Shown here: positions 1-9,500 of the stretch, piece by piece | Layout: every line of letters starts with the position of its first letter | Numbering within the stretch: the stretch's first letter is position 1 | The notes under the pieces: generated by a model | What the model was told of the DNA's origin: nothing | Seen by the model: the letters and a program-made list of their open reading frames with translations, nothing else | Databases searched by the model: none | Program-made: the position numbers and the translations under genes | Virus record (IMG/VR): IMGVR_UViG_3300037520_002383 | Span: 1 to 64,000 of that record | Strand: one strand, 5' to 3' | Length of the DNA: 64,000 bases | DNA from: a virus

Positions 1-2422
1 CAGCAATCTCCGCATTACCAAAAAAGGCATTAAGGCCTGTAGTGGTGTTTGCCATTGTGACGTATCGGACGCCAAAATCAGTTGTCACGACTCGGCAGTT
101 TGCTGCGCTGCCCGAACTAACCATCACGGATCCAACGTAACAGCGGCTAGTAGTTCCGTCGTGGCCATTGCGATTAGGAGCAGTAGTTGAACCCAGCAGG
201 GTACCGGCAGTGGTCAGATAAATATATCTTTGTCCGTTACCTGTAAAGCCCATTCCGGAGATTGGGGCGGTAATAGTAGTGGAGTTTGAGTATACTGTAC
301 CATCGGCAAATCGGAACGAGCCACGCGATAGAGAAAAGGTAGCGCCATTGAAGAATAGGCCGCCACCGCCGATGACCTTAGAGGATTCTGCGCTCAAGGC
401 GCTATTGAGCCACAACTGTTGAGCGCGAACGATCTGTGCTCCGGCGGCCGTTATTTGAGCGTTACTGTCTCCGGCCAGGATCAATGCGTCTGCGCTGGCG
501 TCGTATTGCATACGATCTGTGAGAGCACCACCATCGTTCATGGTACTAAATCTCAGATCGATATCGTTGTCCGCAACCCTGTTGGTGCGGATCATCCATC
601 CGTCTGGCGGGTCGGCGGCGTCTGCATGTACCATGGATATTGCTACGTTGGTAGTGCCGACCGTCGTATTGCGCAGCTGCAGGGCCTCGCTGGATCCATC
701 TACCGCCGGAACCGCAGTGCCTGAGACCTGCACTCGCATGCCGCCGCCGGAACCGCCAACCGCCAAAAGCGCGGCCCCGGTGCCCGCCGTCGCCCTGACG
801 CCGACTCCCGTACCAAATCCCGTGCCCTGAACGCCATCGCTATTTCCGCCGCTGGCAACACCGATAACCCCAGCGCCACCCGAACCGCCCCCTTCACCGC
901 GGACGCCGTTACCGCTTGAGCTTCCAATACCCAAAACACCGTTGCCGGTTCCGACGCCACGCACACCCGTACCGGAGGCAGCTGAAATGGCCTGACCTAA
1001 AACGGATACCGGAGTTCCTGTCGTGGCATTGTTGAGGCCTTGAATGCCATACCCAGTAGCTGATGTCGTCACGCCATATACACCGGCAGTAGCGCCAGTG
1101 CCGCCGGTGCCCTGAACACCAACTCCCGTGCCGTCAGCCGTGCCCTCTAGTCCGTTGCCGTTACTGGCTGCAATCGCGGTATTTGAAATGGTGCCGGTCG
1201 TGTTGGCTCGCGGAGCCACTGTCGGTGTGCCGGCAACGGCATAGGACAACTGAACCGTACCCAACGAGGCGTTGGTAGCGGCGGCCACGAACGTGCGCCC
1301 GGCCTCATACTGCTTGTCGCGGAAGAAGACCTCGTTGCCGCGGCGCCAGGCGATAATGAAGCGACTGCCGGGAATCGCAGGTGCTCCCAACGTCGCCAGG
1401 TTCGCTACCTGCATCGTCAACGTCGCGGCGTTCGTGCTGCGATTGACGTCCACATACAGGCATTGATTGTCGGCCAGCGTCGCCGTGCCGTTGGTGATGG
1501 TGTTGTAGACGGCCGTGGAGTTGGCAAAGACGAGGTAGAGCGAAGTCCACTCGATGAGGCTGGTGCCAAGGGTCCAGCGGAAGTTGTCGCCATTCGGAAA
1601 GAGGCCGGTGCCGCCAAGGCACAGCTTGGTGTCGCGGTCGCTGTTGGCTGTGAACCAGCGCTCGCCGCCGCCGAGTTCCCAGAGGCGGGTCATCACGGCA
1701 TCTTGCCAATCCTTGCTGCTACCAATCGCCCGATCGCCGCCCGTGAACGCGGCATCGACGGTGCTGGCCTCAACGCTGCGCCCCTGCGGCCAAATAAAGG
1801 CATTCAGGTTATTGGCGTTAGAGCCACCAGAGGCCAATCGATATGCCATCTGTCGCGCATCGCTGATGCTTGTGACGCCACCGCTTGGGGTAACATTGAC
1901 GACCGCCAAGGGGCAGAGATGAGGGGTAGCGGCAAACTCCGTGCGCGAAATAACGAATCTGTACTTGAGGATGCGCGCCAGTGGCACCAAACGCGGGTTC
2001 TCCGTCCAGGATACGGTGTCCAAAAATGTAACGGTATCGGCCGTGGAGTCGTCGGCTTCGCGTCGCAGGTCGATGCCGACATAGTTATAGCCGGCACTGA
2101 AGCTACCCTCTACGTTGGCGTTGCTGGTAGATAGCGTTTCGTTGGGCGCGGAATCAGCGACTGTGAACACCGAACCGGCTTCGGTAGCCAGAGGATGAAT
2201 CAGCATACCACCGCCAACGACCACCTGCAGATTGGCTGCCGGCTGCCCCGTCATGCCCGACGACGCTATTGCAAAACCACGAATAACCAACGCCCGACTA
2301 CCCGCCAGAACACCACCGGCCAGGGCGTCAAAATCGGCGGCGACCGCCGACTCCAACATCCGTAGATGCGGCGCGTCAATGCGTTGTTGACCCAAAACAT
2401 TCAGTTGGCGCTTGACAGCCAT
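1..2422 (-). CDS. Tail fibre protein (3' end runs off the window)
   Basis: Missing from the ORF track because no stop falls in the window. Manual reading from ATG 2422 gives MAVKRQLNVLGQQRIDAPHLRMLESAVAADFDALAGG..., later with Gly-rich GVxG repeats. Follows the baseplate genes; AATCTT lies 34 nt upstream. Confidence 0.75.
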   Translation of the reverse strand, partial: MAVKRQLNVLGQQRIDAPHLRMLESAVAADFDALAGGVLAGSRALVIRGFAIASSGMTGQPAANLQVVVGGGMLIHPLATEAGSVFTVADSAPNETLSTSNANVEGSFSAGYNYVGIDLRREADDSTADTVTFLDTVSWTENPRLVPLARILKYRFVISRTEFAATPHLCPLAVVNVTPSGGVTSISDARQMAYRLASGGSNANNLNAFIWPQGRSVEASTVDAAFTGGDRAIGSSKDWQDAVMTRLWELGGGERWFTANSDRDTKLCLGGTGLFPNGDNFRWTLGTSLIEWTSLYLVFANSTAVYNTITNGTATLADNQCLYVDVNRSTNAATLTMQVANLATLGAPAIPGSRFIIAWRRGNEVFFRDKQYEAGRTFVAAATNASLGTVQLSYAVAGTPTVAPRANTTGTISNTAIAASNGNGLEGTADGTGVGVQGTGGTGATAGVYGVTTSATGYGIQGLNNATTGTPVSVLGQAISAASGTGVRGVGTGNGVLGIGSSSGNGVRGEGGGSGGAGVIGVASGGNSDGVQGTGFGTGVGVRATAGTGAALLAVGGSGGGMRVQVSGTAVPAVDGSSEALQLRNTTVGTTNVAISMVHADAADPPDGWMIRTNRVADNDIDLRFSTMNDGGALTDRMQYDASADALILAGDSNAQITAAGAQIVRAQQLWLNSALSAESSKVIGGGGLFFNGATFSLSRGSFRFADGTVYSNSTTITAPISGMGFTGNGQRYIYLTTAGTLLGSTTAPNRNGHDGTTSRCYVGSVMVSSGSAANCRVVTTDFGVRYVTMANTTTGLNAFFGNAEIA

Positions 2423-2452
2423 GTGATCATCCTACTTTGACGGGGGAGTGAC

Positions 2453-2902
2453 TCAAAGATTGTTCGTGAATCCAGTAGCCTTCAGTTCAAGCTCGTTGTT
2501 CCAATGCAGGGCCGTGAAGGTGAAGGTGCCGGTCACCATGCCCCTGGATTCGGCGACAAACGACTGCTGTTGTACTGAACATTCGTCGGCTCGAAAAAAT
2601 ATAGTTTTGTCGCGGCGATTGAGAATCAACAAAGAAAAATAGCGCTCTTCTGGGATTTTTTCGGGCGGCGCAACAATACCACGACCCTCCAGACCACCTG
2701 TAGAGTGACGCCGCAGAAAGCCTACGGTACCCGAGATCTTCATGACCGTCGGCGCTAGTTCCTGCGCATGCATGACGTCAATAGCCATAACTTCGTCCCT
2801 CGGCGTTGCGGAGACAAAGTTGAAGGCCGTAACTTCGCCGAAAGGGTGTCCGTTTACGAAAACCAGCAGTTGAGCGCCGGTTATGTTTCTGGAGGCAGTC
2901 AT
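2453..2902 (-). CDS. Tail tube-like protein (paralog of 52975-53454)
   Basis: ITGAQLLVFVNGHPFGEVTAFNF...ISGTVGFLR parallels IVTGARAKVEI...VGIFTSISY...ISASGWR of the tube protein; 149 aa. Confidence 0.6.
   Translation of the reverse strand: MTASRNITGAQLLVFVNGHPFGEVTAFNFVSATPRDEVMAIDVMHAQELAPTVMKISGTVGFLRRHSTGGLEGRGIVAPPEKIPEERYFSLLILNRRDKTIFFRADECSVQQQSFVAESRGMVTGTFTFTALHWNNELELKATGFTNNL
2456..2462 (-). promoter_or_regulatory. Candidate late promoter CAATCTT
   Basis: 34 nt upstream of the tail fibre ATG. Confidence 0.55.
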
Positions 2903-5900
2903 GTGATGTCATCCTCCTCTTGCGCCGCTGCGACTTCGGCCGTCAAGCCATCTCCACCCCAAACCCTTACGGCATCAGATAGCTTCTGCGAACCAGCCAT
3001 AGGATACCCGGCATTTCCCAGCCCCACATCGTCTGGATACAACACTTTTACATTCAGACCAGGACCGGCGGCGACGGCCGACCGCACGGCAGATTCAGCC
3101 GCAACGCGACCGGCATTGGAGTTCGTGACGTAAAAGGAGCCGCGGGTCTGCGCGTTTTCGGGGAAGCCGGGTGATTGCTGTGACAGCAATGTTACTTTGG
3201 CGCCTACGGCGTACGCATACGGCCAAATATACCGATTGTCGATAGCCAACTCCGTATTCGAAATCCGCCTCAGATAGGGTATAGGGTAGGCGGCGTCTTC
3301 GTAGCCGACCCGGATAGCCAACCAGCCGGGGGCATCGGGGAAGCTGGCGGCGTTAGCTAGCGCCAAGACACCGATCTGGGCATTCTTGGAGATGGCCGTG
3401 GTGATGGTCGACTCCGTTGACGTCAACAGGGGGCTGGCTTTGTCATCCCAAACATATGGACCGATGGCGCGGGCCTGCGCGCTAGCCGTCGTGGTCTTGT
3501 TCAATGTGATTGTGGCGCCGGGCGCCATCTCCGATCGCAGCACGTCCCCCGTTTCTAGACCCGATATCGTAAAGGACGTCGACGATGGAACCGACGTAAC
3601 GCGATGAACGCCATTGACGCGATGCGCCGGCGCAGCGTAATCGGAACCGGGTACGAAGACAGCCGTCACTGTTTGGGGCGTGAATGAAGTGCTGGTGAGA
3701 GAGCTGTTGCCGGTAGTGGCGTCTTCGCCACCGAAAAAGAAGCCGACGCCGCCGCTGACCACAGCTACGCCGTAGTCATAAGCAAATCCCGCCGTGGCAA
3801 ATCCTTCTGCGTTACTGAACGGAGCCAAGCTCCATTTGCCCGTTGGAATATCATAGACTTCAGTGGGGAAAATGGAGCTGGTAGCGAATGATCCTGCTTG
3901 ACGCATGCCGCCAATAACATAAACCTTAGTTCCGATTCGGAAGACCACCGGATTATATCGGCCATAGCGCAAACGCCCAGCCGGCGTCCAGGCGCCAGTG
4001 GCGACATCAAACATTTCCACCTCGTCTACCAGACGAGATACGGTTTCATTAGCTAATACGCGCCCAAACCCCCCAATCGCCAGTGCCCTACCACCGCCGA
4101 TGTCCACCACTCGATGCCGAAAGCGCGCTACGGCCATTCGTCCGGGGGTTGTCCAGGTGGGGGTAATGAGATTGCTGGCGAAGTTCGTGGAATCCAGTGG
4201 CGTCGTACCGAAACCACCACACCACAAGGCCGCAACGGGTTTTGTGGCATCGTCGATAGCCGACAAAGCACAGCCGGCATGTTCACTGCGGGCATCGGTG
4301 TCAGTGTTTGATAGGCCGACGGTAGACGCCGCGGCCACAGCCAGACCGTTCACGGCGGGATTGAAAACCGAGATGACGTTGGTGCGCGAAGAAACTGTGT
4401 CTTGGCCGCCAATAATCAATACTTGTTGACGCTGTGAGGCATCGAGAATCGTCAGCGCCAGAGGGAAGCGGCAGGCGGGGTGGGTGGTATTGGCGACAGT
4501 CAAGAAGCTGCCCACATTCGCGCCGCCAGTCGCCGACAAAAAGAGACGAGCGTTTTGTGTGAAAGTGGGGGTATTAGCGGTCTGGCCGCAGACAATAAAC
4601 GCGCCGATCCCTAGAGACCCTCTGTAGGATGAGGCACCTGAGTACGCGGCGGCATATCCGGTATCGGCGGTGGAATAGTGATTGTAAGAATAAACGGGAC
4701 GAGATGCCGCATCCAATGTGGTGCCCAGAAAGCGCATGACCTTGTAGGTAGAATAATAGGTCGCGGTGGTCCGACCGCCGTGAATGAAGATGTCGCCGTT
4801 ATTCAGCGCTACACCGGCGGCGCCGGTGCGAGCAACAAAGGAATCTAGCGAGCGTACGAAGCTAACGAAAGATTGACGGCTGGCGCCCGTGGTGCCCGTA
4901 GCGCCGGCGGCGCCATCGATGGGCACGGTCGTCAGGGGGTGGGTATATGAGGTCGGCCGAACATTATCCAGCGTAACGAAATCATTGGCCTGTAGGCCGT
5001 GAGCGACACCCGTAGTTACGGTTAGGGATCCGTTGGGGCCCAGGGTTGCCGAGAGATCGCCGAGAGCCGATGTCGTCTGTGCCGGCACATAAGCAGCCTT
5101 ATAGGCTTCTCGCGTTACGACTTTTGTAGTCGTTGGCAGATGCAGACGAATGGCGTTGCCGACGCCAGAGACCATGGCGCCGTTACTCGATGGCGCTGTG
5201 TAGGTAGCTCGATATACTTGCAGGTCATTGGCAGCCACCGACAAGGGACCGGCTTGCGTTACGGCCACGGGATTCACGATCGTCAGGGTCTGCAGATAAG
5301 CGCTTCCGGTCCACGTCACGGTAACGTCAGTGATTTCAAATGTTCCGCGATTGGCAACGTTCAGGTCGCTATCGCGTGCCAACAAATAATCACCAACACG
5401 CACATTCATCGCCGGAGTGCTGGTTGTGATGGCCACCGCCGCCTTATCGTTGCCTGGAAGCGAAATGGCATAAGTGCTGCCGGCGACAACGTTGGCTACC
5501 AACTCCGGAAAACGAAGTGGGTATTGAGCCAGGCCACCGACGACACGGATCTTAGAAGCCAACCCCAAGGTGGGAGAGTAAATCGAAACCCGATACAGTC
5601 CCGTGTCGGGGTTCAGGTTTGTCGCCGCCCAGGCCCTGCTGCCGAGCTGACGCAACTGACGGCTGATAGACGCCGCGACTTCGATGGCCTGAGCCTGACC
5701 AATAATAGCGAAATCGGCCGTAGAAAACACAATAGGATATATTGTGCCGTCTATATCAATCTGCAACTGCATCTGATCACTAAGCGCGTATGGTGCATCA
5801 ACTTGAGTTTGAATGACGGCCCTAACGGCGCTACTGCCATAGAATACTTCTAAAATCTCCCAGATCGCCTTGTAGGTGATTCTGTCTGATGACAGGCGAA

Positions 5901-6507
5901 TGGCGAGTTCACGGAAAACGTCGTCGCGCATCCCCACGGCCGCGGGGCGAGTCACGCCGAGTTCGCGCGCCAAACGATCCAGGTACTTGCCTTCGGCCGT
6001 ACTCAAAAACATCTGATCCCAGGCGCCGCGAGCCGTATCCTGTAGATGCTGGTCGCCACGAGACAGCGCATATACCAACGCATCCCAGCCCTCACCCACG
6101 AAAGCCGGCGACAAAAACTGCCGCAGCACGGTTTCGGGCGTGACATCCTCCGCCCCGCCATTTCTCAGATCCTGAGGCTGTGTCGATACGACACTAAAAA
6201 TAGCCACTCGCGAGGATGCATCTAAAGCCTCACCCGTCACCGCCGTAACGCCAGAAGTCAGCAGACTCCAGCTACCGGCAGCCAAGAGGTTGGATGCAAA
6301 CAGCGTAAACGCCCGAGGATCATCGGGAACAGCTACGACGCGAATGATCCGCGACGATCCGGGGCCCGACAACTGATAGTTGACGGGATTCAAGGCATCG
6401 TTGCTGTTGACATCAGAAACGGCCTGAGCGGCGGCGCTGAATACCACGCGGATGGCCGCGGGGCCAACCGATGATACCGTTTGAATCGCAAAAACAGTCA
6501 TGGCCAC
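2899..6507 (-). CDS. Baseplate wedge protein (P2 gpI/T4 gp7-like N-terminal part) with Kelch-type beta-propeller
   Basis: FLSTAEGKYLDRLARELGVTRP...DDVFRELA wedge motif; Kelch repeats such as ALAIGGFG...VEMFDVATGAW and VYVIGG...TEVYDIPTGKW; directly downstream of baseplate J. Confidence 0.75.
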   Translation of the reverse strand: MAMTVFAIQTVSSVGPAAIRVVFSAAAQAVSDVNSNDALNPVNYQLSGPGSSRIIRVVAVPDDPRAFTLFASNLLAAGSWSLLTSGVTAVTGEALDASSRVAIFSVVSTQPQDLRNGGAEDVTPETVLRQFLSPAFVGEGWDALVYALSRGDQHLQDTARGAWDQMFLSTAEGKYLDRLARELGVTRPAAVGMRDDVFRELAIRLSSDRITYKAIWEILEVFYGSSAVRAVIQTQVDAPYALSDQMQLQIDIDGTIYPIVFSTADFAIIGQAQAIEVAASISRQLRQLGSRAWAATNLNPDTGLYRVSIYSPTLGLASKIRVVGGLAQYPLRFPELVANVVAGSTYAISLPGNDKAAVAITTSTPAMNVRVGDYLLARDSDLNVANRGTFEITDVTVTWTGSAYLQTLTIVNPVAVTQAGPLSVAANDLQVYRATYTAPSSNGAMVSGVGNAIRLHLPTTTKVVTREAYKAAYVPAQTTSALGDLSATLGPNGSLTVTTGVAHGLQANDFVTLDNVRPTSYTHPLTTVPIDGAAGATGTTGASRQSFVSFVRSLDSFVARTGAAGVALNNGDIFIHGGRTTATYYSTYKVMRFLGTTLDAASRPVYSYNHYSTADTGYAAAYSGASSYRGSLGIGAFIVCGQTANTPTFTQNARLFLSATGGANVGSFLTVANTTHPACRFPLALTILDASQRQQVLIIGGQDTVSSRTNVISVFNPAVNGLAVAAASTVGLSNTDTDARSEHAGCALSAIDDATKPVAALWCGGFGTTPLDSTNFASNLITPTWTTPGRMAVARFRHRVVDIGGGRALAIGGFGRVLANETVSRLVDEVEMFDVATGAWTPAGRLRYGRYNPVVFRIGTKVYVIGGMRQAGSFATSSIFPTEVYDIPTGKWSLAPFSNAEGFATAGFAYDYGVAVVSGGVGFFFGGEDATTGNSSLTSTSFTPQTVTAVFVPGSDYAAPAHRVNGVHRVTSVPSSTSFTISGLETGDVLRSEMAPGATITLNKTTTASAQARAIGPYVWDDKASPLLTSTESTITTAISKNAQIGVLALANAASFPDAPGWLAIRVGYEDAAYPIPYLRRISNTELAIDNRYIWPYAYAVGAKVTLLSQQSPGFPENAQTRGSFYVTNSNAGRVAAESAVRSAVAAGPGLNVKVLYPDDVGLGNAGYPMAGSQKLSDAVRVWGGDGLTAEVAAAQEEDDIT

Positions 6508-6510
6508 CCT

Positions 6511-9500
6511 TTACTCGCCGATGATAGCAACTGTGATGTCTTGTTCGGCGTCCAAAACGAAGGCCTTTTCGTAGGGCTGTACGGCAATCAGATCGTTATC
6601 GCCGTTGTAGCTGGGGGAGACAATAGACACAGCCAAAACGCCATTCACACTGGCGGCAGCAGATACGATATCGCTGATTACCACTGACTTGCCGACGCCA
6701 AAGGTATTGATGGCGCCCGCCACTGCCGATCGCACATAAGCTATAGCATCCTGCGGCAACACGCCAAGTCGTAGGCGAATGGCGAGGGAGACCTGAATCC
6801 TCTTGACCAGGGGGCCGCTGATGGCGATGTTGGTACCCGCAGCCACAACTCCCGGATAGGCCTCTGGTTCGCGCAAATCCCCCATGACAACTCGATTGAC
6901 TTCAGCCAACAGGCCCGTATTATACCGGTAAGCATCGATTCCTGGAACGATGCTAGTATCAAAATCCAGTTTATCGAGTGAAGCCAAAACAGCGCCATAA
7001 ACATCGGAAATCTCGTAATCACCTGGGATTGAACGAGAGTATGTGATTGCGCCCGTGGTGTCCGTGTCATGCACCATGTCCATCTTTACATCCACCAACA
7101 AAGGGTTGGTGGCATGAGGAGAAATGGATTCGATTCGACCGATATGTCGGACTTTGCTGGCGGCAATGAATCGATACTTGGAGGCGTTGAGTCCGAGGGC
7201 AACGGTCGGCGTCGTTTGCGCCACCCACGCCCTTTCGGAGGTGTCAAGTTGAATGGATTGTGTAGTATAGCTAACGCTTTGAATGCGCCAAAGTCCTTTA
7301 TTTGCCACACCCCATTCTTCACCATCAATAGCAAAGTAATCACCAGCCATAGGACCACTGGTAACGTATCTAATGCTGACGGTCTTACCGTCTTCTTCGA
7401 TGGCATTGGGGTTTTCGAACCACACGGCGTATGCGCCGGCTGTATTGGAGACAGCCGAGGCGATTATCCTGAAAGTGCCGGTATTTGCGGTTGAGACAGG
7501 CGAAGATCCGCCTTGAGTGATATTGATCATTTTTTCGGTGGCGCTGGGGGGGGTCGTAAAGCCAGCCATCATCACGAAGCGCCCTTGTTTACGCACCTGG
7601 ATTGTAGTAAGGGAGGTCGTGGCCAGTAATCCAGCGCTGATAATGCTGGTGCCGCCAAACGTCAAGTTGCCGGCAGCGTCGTTTGCCGTCAGCGTATTAT
7701 CGATCGCCAGCGCGCGACTAGGCGCTGCGGCATTGGCGACTTCTGCCATCATACCGGCGCTAAAGCCCAGAGACTGATCGGCGGGGATGGACACGACTAC
7801 CGGCCCTGACGATGCATTGAGGGCCGTTAGGGAGCCAACGATTGACGCCGACGCCGCGTTTGCCGTTCCCCCCTGGATCTGCACGGATCCGCCGCTACCG
7901 GGTGTGACGCTAGCGATCTGAGGTGCGCGGCCGTTAGCGGCCAGCCCCACCTCTGCCACCTGCGCAAGGCCGGAAATACCCAGGGTATTGAGCCAGCGCA
8001 CAACGTCGATGGCCGTGACGGGGGCAATACGGATCTCTTCGTTGATCCAATCGCTGTTGCTGGCTAACGCCGCCGTGATCGGGGCCTTGAACGCCAACGT
8101 GTAGTTGCCGGCCAATGTGCCGGGGCTCGTGGTCGTAGAGACCCAGTTCACGCCATCGATAAGTGCTGCGTACTCTACAAGCTCATTGACGGTACCGGGG
8201 CTTTCGTCGCGCGACGACAGCGCGATTGTGCCTGAACCCGTGCCCGTAACTGTAGCGGTTACGGGGCACGTCGCGCCCAAGGCATTCACTGAGGCAGCAA
8301 TCGCCGTCGCCGTGTTCGCTGTTCCATCTATGGGGAAAATAGAGAGATTCGAAGCAGAACCAAGCGATTGATACGTCAATGTCGTACCGGGTGTCCCCAG
8401 ATTGTCATCGTAGTCGGCGTACCCTTGAATGTAGCGATCTCCGAGATTGTTGATGCGGAAGCTGCGATTGCGCCAGGCCAGTGGAATGAAAGTAGAGTCC
8501 GCGAGTCGAATGATGTCACCGACGATAACCGAACCGGTGTTCAGACGCCGCTCAACGGTGTCCGTCGAGACGCTGCCGATGTTGGCAATGGGCCCAGCCG
8601 CCGTCCCGGCTTCGGCATATGTAATGGTCGTTGCTCCGACAGTCGTGATGACTTTCAGACCCGAAGAAAAGCTGCCCGAAGTCGAAGCTAGATAGATGAC
8701 GTCACCGGCAACCAATCCGTGATTGCTTACATTATAGAGACCCATGGTTAGGCCGAGTGTCAATGTGACGTCAGTGGTAGTCCGTGAGGCGCTGGTCACG
8801 GGAAAGCCGCAACAGATGGTCAATACGTCGAGGCCGCCGACTGTATTGTATCCATAGCCGATTCGCGTTGAGTCCCTGGGAAGATAGGTGTCGTCGACTC
8901 GCGCCGCGCCAGAAGGCAGCCTCACCGATACGAGGTTGTAAGCACGCAAGGCGGCTTGGGTCGGGCGATTATCCACGGTTACCTGAAGCGGCTGCGACGC
9001 TGCCAGAGGATATGCGTAACGCAATCGCGCCCAGTCGCCATCTGCACCAAATCGCTTCCAGCGCCAGAGAATACGCTTGTTGGCGTCGGCGCTGTGCGTC
9101 AACAGACGCGACTTCATGTACACCGCAAAATCATTGAAACTATAACCAAGACCGAAAGCGCCGGTAAGGCTTAGGTTGGAGTTGTCGGCATCCACCATGT
9201 CATTCGATGCACCATAGGTGGCGGTGGTGGGCTTCAATCGTCGATACATCGGCACAACAAAACGTTTGGAATCGATATCGCCGTCGATTACCGTCGTCAT
9301 CGTATCGTTGGGGCCAATCGCGTAGGCGCTGGCAAGATAAAGGGCATCGGACTGCGCCCAGAAGCGAGGGGCAGATGAGCGCAGCGTCAGGTCGGTATTG
9401 GTGACCGTGGTGATGCCCGTGATCATTGAATGAAAATCAGAGTTGTTGCCCCAACGCGGAGTTGTGCCAACAAAGTTTGGTGTTTTTTCGCCGACAACAA

